From Candidatus Poribacteria bacterium (GTDB lineage: Bacteria > Poribacteria > WGA-4E > WGA-3G), in the NCBI GenBank assembly GCA_021295715.1, contig JAGWBV010000002.1, forward strand, positions 7,261 through 71,260: 64,000 nucleotides of DNA, read 5' to 3'. Position 1 is the stretch's first letter. Each line of letters opens with the position of its first letter. Position numbers and translations under genes: made by a program. A model generated the notes under the pieces. The model made no database searches. It worked only from the letters and a program-made list of their open reading frames with translations, and was not told the origin of the DNA. This document shows, piece after piece, positions 1 through 8,720 of the stretch.

Positions 1-859
1 ATTGACAAATCTCGCAGAAACAAACGGTAATTTTATTACGATTGGAAATCTCTATAGCGAATCGGGTATAGCAAAACTTAGTATTGAAACAGGTCTTGCC
101 ATTTTTGAGGAGTTACAGTTGCTTGAGCGAAATGGAGAGAATATAAAATTGTTACCACCCACTGGAAAGAAGTTAGACGAATCGGGAATCTATCTTAGAG
201 GAGAGAAACTGAAAAAAGAAACAGCGGATTTTGGAGATTTTCAATTTGAGCATTCCATCGAGCAAATTTGGGAAAAGATGCTGGAGAAACTGAAGGTAGA
301 CAACAGTCAAATGTTACACGATAGTCGCATTCATAAGATGCCCTTGAGAGTCTCTGAAACAGAAGAAGACTATCTCATGGATTACCAGACCCAGTCTGAA
401 AAATCTACAGAGGTAGTTGAAAAAGACAGCGCAGCAAGCGACGTAACTTTGGAGGCAGGTCACACCGCCAAACTGACACGAGCGAATGTCAAAGCAGTCT
501 CTCGGACAACTAAGGGCAAGTCCCGAGAGAAAAAGCCCAGCATTTCCGAGCGTTACGTCGCAGATACGACTAAAGAGGACCGCAACCAGGTCGCGGTAAA
601 AGTCGTTGAGATGCGGATCAACGCTGCTGGATCAAAGCGGATGAGTTGGCGTCAAATTCGCGAGAAGCTGGGTCTTAAGAATGACCAATTCCACAAGGTC
701 ATTCGCCATTCCCCGGGCTACCGGAAAGCGGTCATTGACCGCATCCAGAAGCTCAGAGCTCGCCCCGAGGGGTGGGAATACTCGGGTAAACTGGAGGTCC
801 TCACAGGGATCCAGATTTCCGAGTCGGAACTCAAGCAAACCAAAAGAAAGGCAGGGTAG
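1..859 (+). CDS. hypothetical protein, N-terminus cut by window edge
   Basis: Frame is open to the window start. A charged Ser/Lys-rich linker is followed by an HTH-like segment (MSWRQIREKLGLKNDQF). The visible N-terminal part vaguely recalls the C-terminal region of long RecJ-type proteins; this is unconfirmed. Confidence 0.4.
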   Translation, partial: LTNLAETNGNFITIGNLYSESGIAKLSIETGLAIFEELQLLERNGENIKLLPPTGKKLDESGIYLRGEKLKKETADFGDFQFEHSIEQIWEKMLEKLKVDNSQMLHDSRIHKMPLRVSETEEDYLMDYQTQSEKSTEVVEKDSAASDVTLEAGHTAKLTRANVKAVSRTTKGKSREKKPSISERYVADTTKEDRNQVAVKVVEMRINAAGSKRMSWRQIREKLGLKNDQFHKVIRHSPGYRKAVIDRIQKLRARPEGWEYSGKLEVLTGIQISESELKQTKRKAG

Positions 860-958
860 GCACCAGACCTACCCCTACAGATTATACGATTTTCTGTTGG
901 ATAGTGATTCAGGTTTGAATGAAGTAGCTGTGAGGAAATTGCTTCCGTTTCTATATAT

Positions 959-2566
959 CTAATCCCGAATAATAGACACTGGCGTTCCATCCTGTAACCG
1001 GTGGTGTTCACCAACAATCACCAATGTGCCGTTCAAGAGCCTCGCGGTAACCTCTATCTCACCACCGTAAACAGTACCAACGCTGACCTGTTCCCGGCGT
1101 GCCGTATTCCCTTCAACGGTAAAGATAGTTCCGCTCCCATTTTGAATGTGCAAGACTGAATGTAATGGAAGGAGTAGCACATTTTTCCGCTCACCTGTTT
1201 TGACAGAAACCGTGATTGTGCCACCCGGTCTCAGACCGCCATTGTGAGAGAGGGTCCCTACAGAATTCGGCACCGTTGCATGGACGAGAACGGTGTTGTC
1301 TTCACGGTTAACCGTTGGGCTGATAAAATCAATCGTGCCAACGATATTCCGAATACCGGTATCCGTAGAAATCAGAACAAGATCGCCACTGTGAATGCGA
1401 CGCGCGTCCGTGACAGGCATGTTCCAAATGGCTCTGAGTGCCTTAACGCCAATAACCGTAAATACTGGTTTCCCTGTCGGTGAGGCGGCGGATCCTGCAT
1501 AATCTCCGATATTCAAGTGGCGCGTGGCAATAACGCCATCAATTGGAGATTTAAGAGTTGTAGCATTTGCCCGTTCTTGCGCTATTTTGAGTTGTTCTTC
1601 GGCTTGACTCACCGCCGCTCTCGCAATTTCAATCTCTTGCTCCCAAGATTTTGCCTCTACCAGTTTCTGTGCCGCGGTGAGGTCGGCCTGCGCTTGGGTG
1701 ACCTTTGATTCTGCCAAAGCGATCTCGCGTTCCCAGCTGCGGATCTCCACGAGTTTCCGAGCAACGGCTAATTCCGCTTCTTCCTCAAACTGTCGCGCTG
1801 TAACCTGAGCTTCCTCTAAACGGATCTCCGCCAATCTCAAACGTTTCTCTACGGATTCAAAATTGCTATCACTGATGAGTTGCTTCTCATGGAGTGATTT
1901 GTTTCGCTCATAATCTGCTTCAGCGTCATCGCGCTCCACTTTCGTGCGTTCCAAACTTTGTTCCGCATTTGTTTTCGATTTTTCAATTGTTTCCTTGGCC
2001 GCTTGGGACGTCGCTTCTGCCTGCACAAGTTGGTTACGGACACGCATTTCAGCGAGTGATTGTGTCTCCACAAGGTTCGATTGCGCAGTCATCAACGTCT
2101 CCTGAGCAACCGCCAACTGAGATTCAACATCCGCTTGGGTGTTTGCTTCCGTCAATGTGCGTCGGGACTTTGCACCGCTTAATGCCGATTCCGCACCTAT
2201 TACGGCGAGTGCCGCTTCTCTTGAATCCGTCTCGGCAAGCACATCATCTTTCGCCACACTTTGCCCAACAATCGCTTTCAGGGCAATAATCTTCCCCGGA
2301 ACATTGGCAAACACCTTCACCTCAGCGTGCGGTTCTAAATGTCCGGTATACTGCTTTGTGGAAACAATCGTCCCGCGTCTCGCTGTGGCTACTGGCACAG
2401 CGAGCGGTGATGCTGCCTCTTGGGCGACTCCGTTTCCAACACTGGAGGAAAAGATAATAGCGAAAACGCTCAGTAGAAGTGATTGTCTCAGGTTATTTGT
2501 CCGCTTTAACATTAGGATTCTGGCATAAATCGCAGTGTACGCTTTTAAAATATGTCTATTAACCAT
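959..2566 (-). CDS. HlyD/RND-type membrane fusion (periplasmic adaptor) protein
   Basis: N-terminal hydrophobic anchor. Lipoyl-like half-motifs (VLAETD..., SPIDGVIATRHLNIGDY) flank about 200 aa of coiled coil, followed by a C-terminal beta-barrel-like region. The start overlaps the msrA stop by 8 nt; an alternative start lies at 2512. Confidence 0.8.
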   Translation of the reverse strand: MVNRHILKAYTAIYARILMLKRTNNLRQSLLLSVFAIIFSSSVGNGVAQEAASPLAVPVATARRGTIVSTKQYTGHLEPHAEVKVFANVPGKIIALKAIVGQSVAKDDVLAETDSREAALAVIGAESALSGAKSRRTLTEANTQADVESQLAVAQETLMTAQSNLVETQSLAEMRVRNQLVQAEATSQAAKETIEKSKTNAEQSLERTKVERDDAEADYERNKSLHEKQLISDSNFESVEKRLRLAEIRLEEAQVTARQFEEEAELAVARKLVEIRSWEREIALAESKVTQAQADLTAAQKLVEAKSWEQEIEIARAAVSQAEEQLKIAQERANATTLKSPIDGVIATRHLNIGDYAGSAASPTGKPVFTVIGVKALRAIWNMPVTDARRIHSGDLVLISTDTGIRNIVGTIDFISPTVNREDNTVLVHATVPNSVGTLSHNGGLRPGGTITVSVKTGERKNVLLLPLHSVLHIQNGSGTIFTVEGNTARREQVSVGTVYGGEIEVTARLLNGTLVIVGEHHRLQDGTPVSIIRD

Positions 2567-3098
2567 TTTTAAGTTTATCCTTAAAATCCTTTGTGAACTT
2601 TCTCATCTTTGGGTGAATCACAAACTGGCAGTAGGGCTGGTTATGATTCAATTGAAAATAGTTTTGGTGGTAATCTTCGGCAGGATAGAAGACATCTATG
2701 GCGGTAATCTCTGTCACAATCGGAGCGTCCCACATATCAGATGCGTCCATCTCGGCTTTAGATTTTTCCGCGATACGTTGTTGCGCTTCCGTGTGATAGA
2801 AAATCGCTGAACGGTACTGGGTCCCGACATCAGCACCCTGCCGATTTAAGGTTGTTGCATCATGCGTGTGCCAAAAAATTTCTAATAACGCTTCATAGGA
2901 AATAACGTCTGGATCGAACTGAATCTGAATGACTTCGGCGTGGCCCGTCATTCCCATACACACCGCTTGATACGTTGGATTGACAGTGGTGCCACCGGTG
3001 TACCCTGAGACGACCGTGTGAACACCTTCCACCTGCAGAAAGACTGCCTCGACACACCAAAAACAACCTGCTCCAAATGTCGCTGTCTCTAATTTCAT
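2559..3098 (-). CDS. msrA: peptide-methionine (S)-S-oxide reductase MsrA
   Basis: GAGCFWCVE active-site motif near the N-terminus; full-length at 179 aa. Confidence 0.93.
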   Translation of the reverse strand: MKLETATFGAGCFWCVEAVFLQVEGVHTVVSGYTGGTTVNPTYQAVCMGMTGHAEVIQIQFDPDVISYEALLEIFWHTHDATTLNRQGADVGTQYRSAIFYHTEAQQRIAEKSKAEMDASDMWDAPIVTEITAIDVFYPAEDYHQNYFQLNHNQPYCQFVIHPKMRKFTKDFKDKLKNG

Positions 3099-3228
3099 TT
3101 CTTTGATGACGGCTTTCGCGCTGTGACGAACTCCGTGACTCTCCTTTACAATGTAACTTGTAATAACGTAACTTGAATTTGCTGGTGAGGTTTCAAATTT
3201 TGCCCATAGTTTTCAAACGTCGGGAATC

Positions 3229-3259
3229 GGAGGGTTTTTGCTGGGGGTTTCTTCCCTCC
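3229..3259 (+). repeat. intergenic hairpin motif, copy A (GGAGGG-TTTTTGCTGGGGGTTTCTT-CCCTCC)
   Basis: Shares the loop GGGTTTTTGCTGGGG.TTT with the copies at 39112 and 42612. The stem sequence differs but stays complementary. Confidence 0.55.
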
Positions 3260-3301
3260 TACAGAAGAAATGGATCTCCGTGAAGTTTTAAGGACGGCAA
3301 C

Positions 3302-3330
3302 TTGCAAAAAGCGGAAAACTGTGCTACACT
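3302..3330 (+). promoter_or_regulatory. sigma70-like promoter TTGCAA-17-TGcTACACT, 8 nt before the ATG at 3339 (possible leaderless mRNA)
   Basis: -35 at 3302-3307, 17-nt spacer, -10 at 3325-3330 with an upstream TG. No Shine-Dalgarno sequence between the -10 and the ATG. Confidence 0.45.
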
Positions 3331-3338
3331 CGTAACCC

Positions 3339-4010
3339 ATGAAACGTTTCTTTTTATTTTTTGTTTTCCTGTGTTTGATGGGATGCGAGTCACAGGAACA
3401 ACAGATTAAAGCACTTGTCAATCAGCTGGGTGACAGAGCGGCTGTGCGTCGCACCGAAGCCACCGAAGCCTTAGTCAAGATAGGTCCTGAAGCGGTCGAT
3501 GCGCTCATCCAAGGATTATCCGATGAGAATTCGCAGATTCGTGAGATGTCGGCGTGGACGCTCAGCGAAATCAAAACGCCTGTTGCTCGAATTGTCCCCG
3601 CACTTATCTCTGTGCTGGCAGATCCCGATGAAAACCTCCGTGTTGTTGGTTCCGTCGCCTTACAAAATGTAGGTGAACCTGCCGTGCCGTATCTCATCGA
3701 TGCTTTAACAGCAGAGACAGCGGATATTCGGTTGCATGCCGCTTATGCAATAGGTGAAATCGGGACACCGCTTGATACAATTTTACCTGCGCTCATCAAC
3801 ACACTTACAGATTCGGAATGGAACGTCCGTCGTCTTGTCGTGCGTGCCTTGGCTACAATAGGTACGCCTGCCGTCGATCCTCTCGTTGTAGCACTTAATT
3901 CCCCTAATGCTGACCTCCGCCGTATGGCGGAACGCGCCTTGAACGATATTGGCACCCCACAAGCCCGCAAGGCAATTGCAGACGCAAAGAAAGGATTGGC
4001 AGATCGCTGA
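3339..4010 (+). CDS. HEAT/PBS-lyase-like repeat lipoprotein
   Basis: Lipoprotein-type signal (LFFVFLCLMGC). About 31-aa repeats of the form VRxxAxxALxxIGxPAV occur six or more times. Confidence 0.8.
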   Translation: MKRFFLFFVFLCLMGCESQEQQIKALVNQLGDRAAVRRTEATEALVKIGPEAVDALIQGLSDENSQIREMSAWTLSEIKTPVARIVPALISVLADPDENLRVVGSVALQNVGEPAVPYLIDALTAETADIRLHAAYAIGEIGTPLDTILPALINTLTDSEWNVRRLVVRALATIGTPAVDPLVVALNSPNADLRRMAERALNDIGTPQARKAIADAKKGLADR

Positions 4011-4012
4011 GA

Positions 4013-4993
4013 CTATTCAGTCGAAACTTTCTTTCCTGCCATTCGGAGACACTCATCCCAATAAGAGACAGCATACGTCTTCACAGGTTCAGGTTGGTGC
4101 GCTTGTTCGAGATACTGCGCTATCCAGTCAAGTAACTGCTCCCGGAGTGATTGCCGAATCTCGCCATCCTCATAGGCTAATTTGTAGAAATCCTGCCGTG
4201 TGTCGTCATCTAACTGAAAATCAACTTGGCGATAGAGGACAAGATTGACTATCAATCCGAGTGTGAGGTGTTCAATAGGGTTGGGGAAAATACTGATGGG
4301 TGGATCCAATGCGAACAGATTATCCAGTGGTAAGGCTTTTACGTAGTCGCAGCGATTTTCGATACACGCCAACTGCCGATCGATCACATTGACTTCAGCC
4401 AAATGGATAAGGGCTCGTGGGACATCTGTATCTCTGATGGTTATTTGAAGCCACCGGATCGTGGTTCTGTAAGTCAACAACGCCTTTAAGAATTCGAGTT
4501 CCGCTTGCGTATAAATCTGAATACCTTCTGTTTCAAGGTCAGTATAGGTAGCACCGAGAACACGTTCTTCATCTCTATCAGGGGGTAGAATCACACCGTG
4601 TTCTAAAAGTTGGCGTGCTCTGTCTAACAATTTTTCTGTCAGCGTATTCCCGATTTGGAAGAATTTGACGACCCGGTTTTTACAGAGGAGTCGAACCGCT
4701 TTGTCAAGATCGCCCTTGCTGCCATACTCCAACCCAAGACTGGTGAGCGTGAAAGCCGTCTGAATCTGCGTCCGCAGCCCCGATTGATCGGAGAGGTCGG
4801 TCGTCTTCATTGTGATAAGTTTGTGTGCAATAGCGGCTATATTCTGATAAAGCGTATCCGCCCGTTCACGAGGAATTCCACCGAAAGTGTCTCCGTGCGC
4901 TAAGGCTTGTGCGAGGAAGAGTCGTCCGTCAAGCTGCGCTTCGGCGACGAGGGAAAACCTATTTGTTTTTGTCATCGTCATCCTCATCGTCAT
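4013..4993 (-). CDS. hypothetical protein (second gene of an overlapping pair)
   Basis: 326-aa ORF with no motif I recognise. Its start region (several in-frame ATGs, 4975-4993) overlaps the 3' end of the upstream gene. Confidence 0.6.
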   Translation of the reverse strand: MTMRMTMTKTNRFSLVAEAQLDGRLFLAQALAHGDTFGGIPRERADTLYQNIAAIAHKLITMKTTDLSDQSGLRTQIQTAFTLTSLGLEYGSKGDLDKAVRLLCKNRVVKFFQIGNTLTEKLLDRARQLLEHGVILPPDRDEERVLGATYTDLETEGIQIYTQAELEFLKALLTYRTTIRWLQITIRDTDVPRALIHLAEVNVIDRQLACIENRCDYVKALPLDNLFALDPPISIFPNPIEHLTLGLIVNLVLYRQVDFQLDDDTRQDFYKLAYEDGEIRQSLREQLLDWIAQYLEQAHQPEPVKTYAVSYWDECLRMAGKKVSTE

Positions 4994-5765
4994 CTAATTG
5001 AAGCGACTCTAAGTCGACCTTCTCTATGAGGTCAGCTTCAGTAACATCAATACCGGCTTCTTTATCACGCGCTGCGACGCGTTCTGCTCTATCCGCCTGT
5101 ACAGCATCGAAAACAGCGGCAAGTTCGGCTTCAACGTCTTCTTCCGTATCAATTGCGAAGAGTTCCCTGATGAATGTTCTAAAAACTTCATCATCTGCTT
5201 CCCAGATAGCATTACAAATCGCCCGAGCGCGTTCATCTGCATAATCAATTGCTGGTGAAGTTGGATCAAGATACCCGGCTTCAAGGAGCATCCCACTGTG
5301 GTCATCCTGAAGTGTGACACGATTGTGGAGAAGTGCTGCCAATAAGCGGATATCAAGTTCTCTGAGAAACCGTCCAAGATCGTTCCGTTCACATTCAGAA
5401 AGTTCAAAAAGCCAGAGGTCCAATGACTCTTCATCGAGTTTGCCATCGCGCCAGACAGCAATGTCCAGCAGTTCCTCAAATTGATCGTTTGAAAGACATG
5501 GCAATAAGACTGAAGCAAGTCCTGTCCCGAGCATCGTGTCCAAGACTTGGAGGACATCTTCGGTAGGGCTCTCTTGGATAAGTTCGGTGCAATCGGGCAC
5601 AAGATAGTAGAGTTTCTCTCGTGATTTTGGGTTACGAGTCGCGCTCAGGATATCCAACTGCTGCTGCTTCTCGTAACTTTGAAAAAGTTGCTCCGCTTGC
5701 TGCGTCGGTAGGGACAGTAACTTCTTACTTTCCGAACGTGGCGCTATCGTATTTGGGCTGTTCAT
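4959..5765 (-). CDS. hypothetical acidic protein with poly-Asp/Glu tail
   Basis: 268-aa ORF, strongly acidic, with C-terminal LQLDDDEDDDDKNK. No catalytic motif recognised. Confidence 0.6.
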   Translation of the reverse strand: MNSPNTIAPRSESKKLLSLPTQQAEQLFQSYEKQQQLDILSATRNPKSREKLYYLVPDCTELIQESPTEDVLQVLDTMLGTGLASVLLPCLSNDQFEELLDIAVWRDGKLDEESLDLWLFELSECERNDLGRFLRELDIRLLAALLHNRVTLQDDHSGMLLEAGYLDPTSPAIDYADERARAICNAIWEADDEVFRTFIRELFAIDTEEDVEAELAAVFDAVQADRAERVAARDKEAGIDVTEADLIEKVDLESLQLDDDEDDDDKNK

Positions 5766-5845
5766 GCCGACTCCTTCATCATGAGACGGGATCCAATATT
5801 GAAGTGCATAAATTCCTGATAACGAATGTTACCTCCGTTTCTGTC

Positions 5846-6610
5846 TCAATAACTGTTTCGCACAAAATCGAGGTTTTTCGCGGCGGACGCAATTGGATCA
5901 TCTTTACTGGGAGTTTCGAGGACAAACCAACTATCATATCCAACTGCATGGACAGCATTAAAAACGGCAGGGAAGTCAACATCGCCCTCACCGGCGTGAT
6001 TGCCGCCAGTATCCTTGATGTGCATCTGTGTGATCGCACTCCCCAAGCTCCGAATTTCCGACGGTGAGTCGTAGCCGAATCCCGTGGCGTTCCCCATATC
6101 GTAATAAACCCCAACGGCTGACGAGCCGACATTATCAATAATCTGCTGATGCTGTTCAGCACTTAACGTTGATTCAATGGCAAGGAAAACGCCATGTTTT
6201 TCAGCGGTTTCAGCAGCCGCTTTCAACCCATCAAGAAACCGTGATGCACTGATGTGTTCATTCTCGATCTGACCGTTCCCGAAAAACGGCACCAAAATCA
6301 CGTTCGCACCGAGCTGCGGACACGTCTCCGCCAAATATTGTAATTTTGCGATTCCCTCGGTCCGTGTGCTATCCGTCGGATGCATAAATGAGTACGCCGT
6401 GAAGCCACCCGGTGACAGTGAAGACACTTCAATACCAGCGGCTTCTGCCAAACTGTTCACTTTATCAATGCCGCCATCTTGCCAGAGTAGATGTTCACGG
6501 TAGTTGACTCCCATACAAATCTCGACCCCATCAAACCCGATCTCTTTTGCCTTCTGAAACGATTCTTCAAAAGAAACGGGCAACATCCCGTCCCGAATAC
6601 CTACCTTCAT
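5846..6610 (-). CDS. sugar phosphate isomerase/epimerase (xylose isomerase-like TIM barrel)
   Basis: The N-terminus MKVGIRDGMLP...AKEIGFDGVEI and the alternating beta/alpha pattern are typical of the AP-endonuclease-2/UlaE-like TIM-barrel family. Confidence 0.75.
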   Translation of the reverse strand: MKVGIRDGMLPVSFEESFQKAKEIGFDGVEICMGVNYREHLLWQDGGIDKVNSLAEAAGIEVSSLSPGGFTAYSFMHPTDSTRTEGIAKLQYLAETCPQLGANVILVPFFGNGQIENEHISASRFLDGLKAAAETAEKHGVFLAIESTLSAEQHQQIIDNVGSSAVGVYYDMGNATGFGYDSPSEIRSLGSAITQMHIKDTGGNHAGEGDVDFPAVFNAVHAVGYDSWFVLETPSKDDPIASAAKNLDFVRNSY

Positions 6611-6756
6611 AGACTACCTCCTAAAGGACACAACTTTAAATCAGAGTACTATTCATATCAATTCTGCATTTTAACATAGTCTTCGCACGAATTGCAAGGA
6701 GATCCACTTTTTCTTTTTTACATTGTATTGTTAATTACGAATCTGTCCGAAAAAAG

Positions 6757-6786
6757 TTGATTTTTTTCTCATCGATGTGTTAATAT
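6757..6786 (+). promoter_or_regulatory. candidate promoter TTGATT-18-TGtTAATAT for the first LamG-like paralog
   Basis: Motifs read directly from the sequence, about 115 nt upstream of the ATG at 6900. Confidence 0.35.
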
Positions 6787-6899
6787 ATTCCAGATGAATT
6801 ATCTGTACAGACGCACCAAGAATCATCTGAGGGATAAAAGGATCCCATTGAGTACCGAAAAAAGTCGTCCTGTACGCAAAAAATAGAGAGGATATCTTA

Positions 6900-7676
6900 A
6901 TGAAACAGATTATTTGTATAGCTACAATTTTCTTTCTGTCTGTATGTCTCATCCCCGGCGTTTTCTCGCAAACTTTACTGAGCGATGAATTCAATGGAAC
7001 CGGTCAAGACCTTCAATCCTTCTGGCAGGTCAAAGATGGTGATAAGAGCCCTTGGGAGTTGAAGGATGGACTGCTCGTTGCCGAGGCAGGTTTCGACCAG
7101 AATTTGTGGGGCGATGACACCTCCACACGTTTCTATCAGGTCACGGACCAGGACCAATTCGACATCGAAACATCAATGGTCGTTGATTACGCAGATGCTT
7201 GTACTGTCGCTGGCATTGTTGTATATTCTGCAACAACGAAGGATCACCAAGACCGCGATGGCCAGTGGGTTACATTGAAATTGTGGGGTCGCGGGGCTGC
7301 ACAAGATAATAACGCTGTTCTCCAGTACCAGCGTCGTCAAAATGATGCCGCACCGTATGTCGGTACACAACCCGATTACAATCCAGAGCAAGGTGTTATC
7401 CCAATTGAACTGCGTATCAAACGCGATGGCGATGAATACGAATCATGGTTCAAGCCGAATGCAGAAGGCGACTGGGTTTCGGTAAGTAAAGTGACCAACG
7501 AACTCGAAGAACCGCTTGAAGTCGGCATCTACGTCGGTATTTGCGAAGGCGAAAGTGCTGCTGGTAGGATGACCGTCACTTTTGACTACTTCCGAGAAGC
7601 CTCAAGTCCGGCGACACCAGTTGATCCGCGTGGCAGACTCGCCGTTACGTGGGGTGAACTCAAAGGACAACAATAG
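6900..7676 (+). CDS. secreted concanavalin-A-like lectin/glucanase (LamG/DUF1349-like) protein, paralog 1
   Basis: Signal peptide MKQIICIATIFFLSVCLIPGVFSQ, beta-rich sequence and a LamG-like profile. SD GAGAGGA lies upstream. Confidence 0.7.
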   Translation: MKQIICIATIFFLSVCLIPGVFSQTLLSDEFNGTGQDLQSFWQVKDGDKSPWELKDGLLVAEAGFDQNLWGDDTSTRFYQVTDQDQFDIETSMVVDYADACTVAGIVVYSATTKDHQDRDGQWVTLKLWGRGAAQDNNAVLQYQRRQNDAAPYVGTQPDYNPEQGVIPIELRIKRDGDEYESWFKPNAEGDWVSVSKVTNELEEPLEVGIYVGICEGESAAGRMTVTFDYFREASSPATPVDPRGRLAVTWGELKGQQ

Positions 7677-7709
7677 CATCAAACGCTATTTGCAACTTCT
7701 ACGAAATTA

Positions 7710-7731
7710 CTGGCGGCTCCAATGCCGCCAG
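7710..7731 (+). terminator. hairpin CTGGCGGC-6-GCCGCCAG after paralog 1 (no T-tract)
   Basis: Perfect 8-bp GC stem. It duplicates the hairpin at 8582 but lacks the T-run. Confidence 0.4.
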
Positions 7732-7772
7732 CAAATAGCGTCCCGTACGGAAAAATTAGAAAGGATATGTTA

Positions 7773-8549
7773 ATGAAACAGATTATTTGTATAGCTACAA
7801 TTTTGTTCCTGTCGGTATATCTCATCCCCGGCGTTTTCTCGCAAACCTTACTGAGCGATGAATTCAATGGAACCGGTCAAGACCTTCAATCCTTCTGGCA
7901 GGTCAAGGATGGTGATAAGAGTCCTTGGGAACTGAAGGATGGACTTCTCGTTGCCGAGGCAGGCTTCAACCAGGACTTATGGGGTGCCGATACCACCACA
8001 CGTTTCTATCAGGTCACGGATCAGGACCAATTCGACATCGAGACCTCAATGGTTGTTGACTACGCCGATGCTTGCACTGTCGCTGGTATTGTCGTGTATT
8101 CTGCAACAACACAGGACCACCAGGGCCGAGATGGCCAGTGGGTGACCTTGAAGTTATGGGGGCGGGGTGCGGACGACAACAATGCGGTCCTTCAATACCA
8201 ACGCCGTGAAAACGATGATGAAGGTTTGGGATATGTCGGTGAATTAGCTGGCTATAGACCAGATCAAGGTGTTATCCCGATTGAACTGCGCATCAAACGC
8301 GATGGTGATGATTACGAGTCATGGTTCAAGCCGAATGCAGAAGGTGACTGGGTCTCGGTGAGCCAAGTGACCAACGAACTCGCAGAACCACTTGAGGTAG
8401 GCATCTACGTCGGCATTTGCGACGGCGAAGGTCCGGGTAAGATGACTGTCACTTTTGACTACTTCCGAGAAGCGTCAAGTCCAGCAACGCCGGTTGACCC
8501 GCGCGACCGACTCGCTGTTACGTGGGGTGAACTCAAAGGACAACAATAG
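7773..8549 (+). CDS. secreted concanavalin-A-like lectin/glucanase (LamG/DUF1349-like) protein, paralog 2
   Basis: Same architecture as 6900..7676. The ATG at 7773 is homologous to the paralog-1 start; the longer ORF from 7722 is rejected. Confidence 0.7.
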   Translation: MKQIICIATILFLSVYLIPGVFSQTLLSDEFNGTGQDLQSFWQVKDGDKSPWELKDGLLVAEAGFNQDLWGADTTTRFYQVTDQDQFDIETSMVVDYADACTVAGIVVYSATTQDHQGRDGQWVTLKLWGRGADDNNAVLQYQRRENDDEGLGYVGELAGYRPDQGVIPIELRIKRDGDDYESWFKPNAEGDWVSVSQVTNELAEPLEVGIYVGICDGEGPGKMTVTFDYFREASSPATPVDPRDRLAVTWGELKGQQ

Positions 8550-8581
8550 TCGCAAACGCTATCCAAAATTTCTACGAATCG

Positions 8582-8610
8582 CTGGCGGCTACAATGCCGC
8601 CAGTTCTTTT
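8582..8610 (+). terminator. rho-independent terminator CTGGCGGC-TACAAT-GCCGCCAG-TTCTTTT
   Basis: Perfect 8-bp GC stem followed by a T-rich tract. Confidence 0.75.
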
Positions 8611-8720
8611 GTGAAAAGAAAATATGAAGTAAGTAACGACTTTATCGTCTATTTGTATAAAAAAAGAGGACGGTTTTCCTCCGCTATTAAAATCGGAGGA
8701 TTCCAGACCGAAAAACTTTG

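Larger units (their letters stand above)
6863..8608 (+). repeat. tandem duplication, two units of about 873 bp (gene plus about 35 nt upstream plus terminator hairpin)
   Basis: Units 6863-7735 and 7736-8608 align colinearly. The two encoded 258-aa proteins are roughly 85-90% identical by eye. Even the antisense shadow ORFs begin identically (MNSSLSKVCEKTPGMR). Confidence 0.9.

Noticed and set aside
7722-7772. Longer N-terminal extension of LamG-like paralog 2 (MPPANSVPYGKIRKDML...)
   Set aside because: The extension covers the duplicated terminator hairpin and RBS. The homologous start of paralog 1 corresponds to the ATG at 7773.
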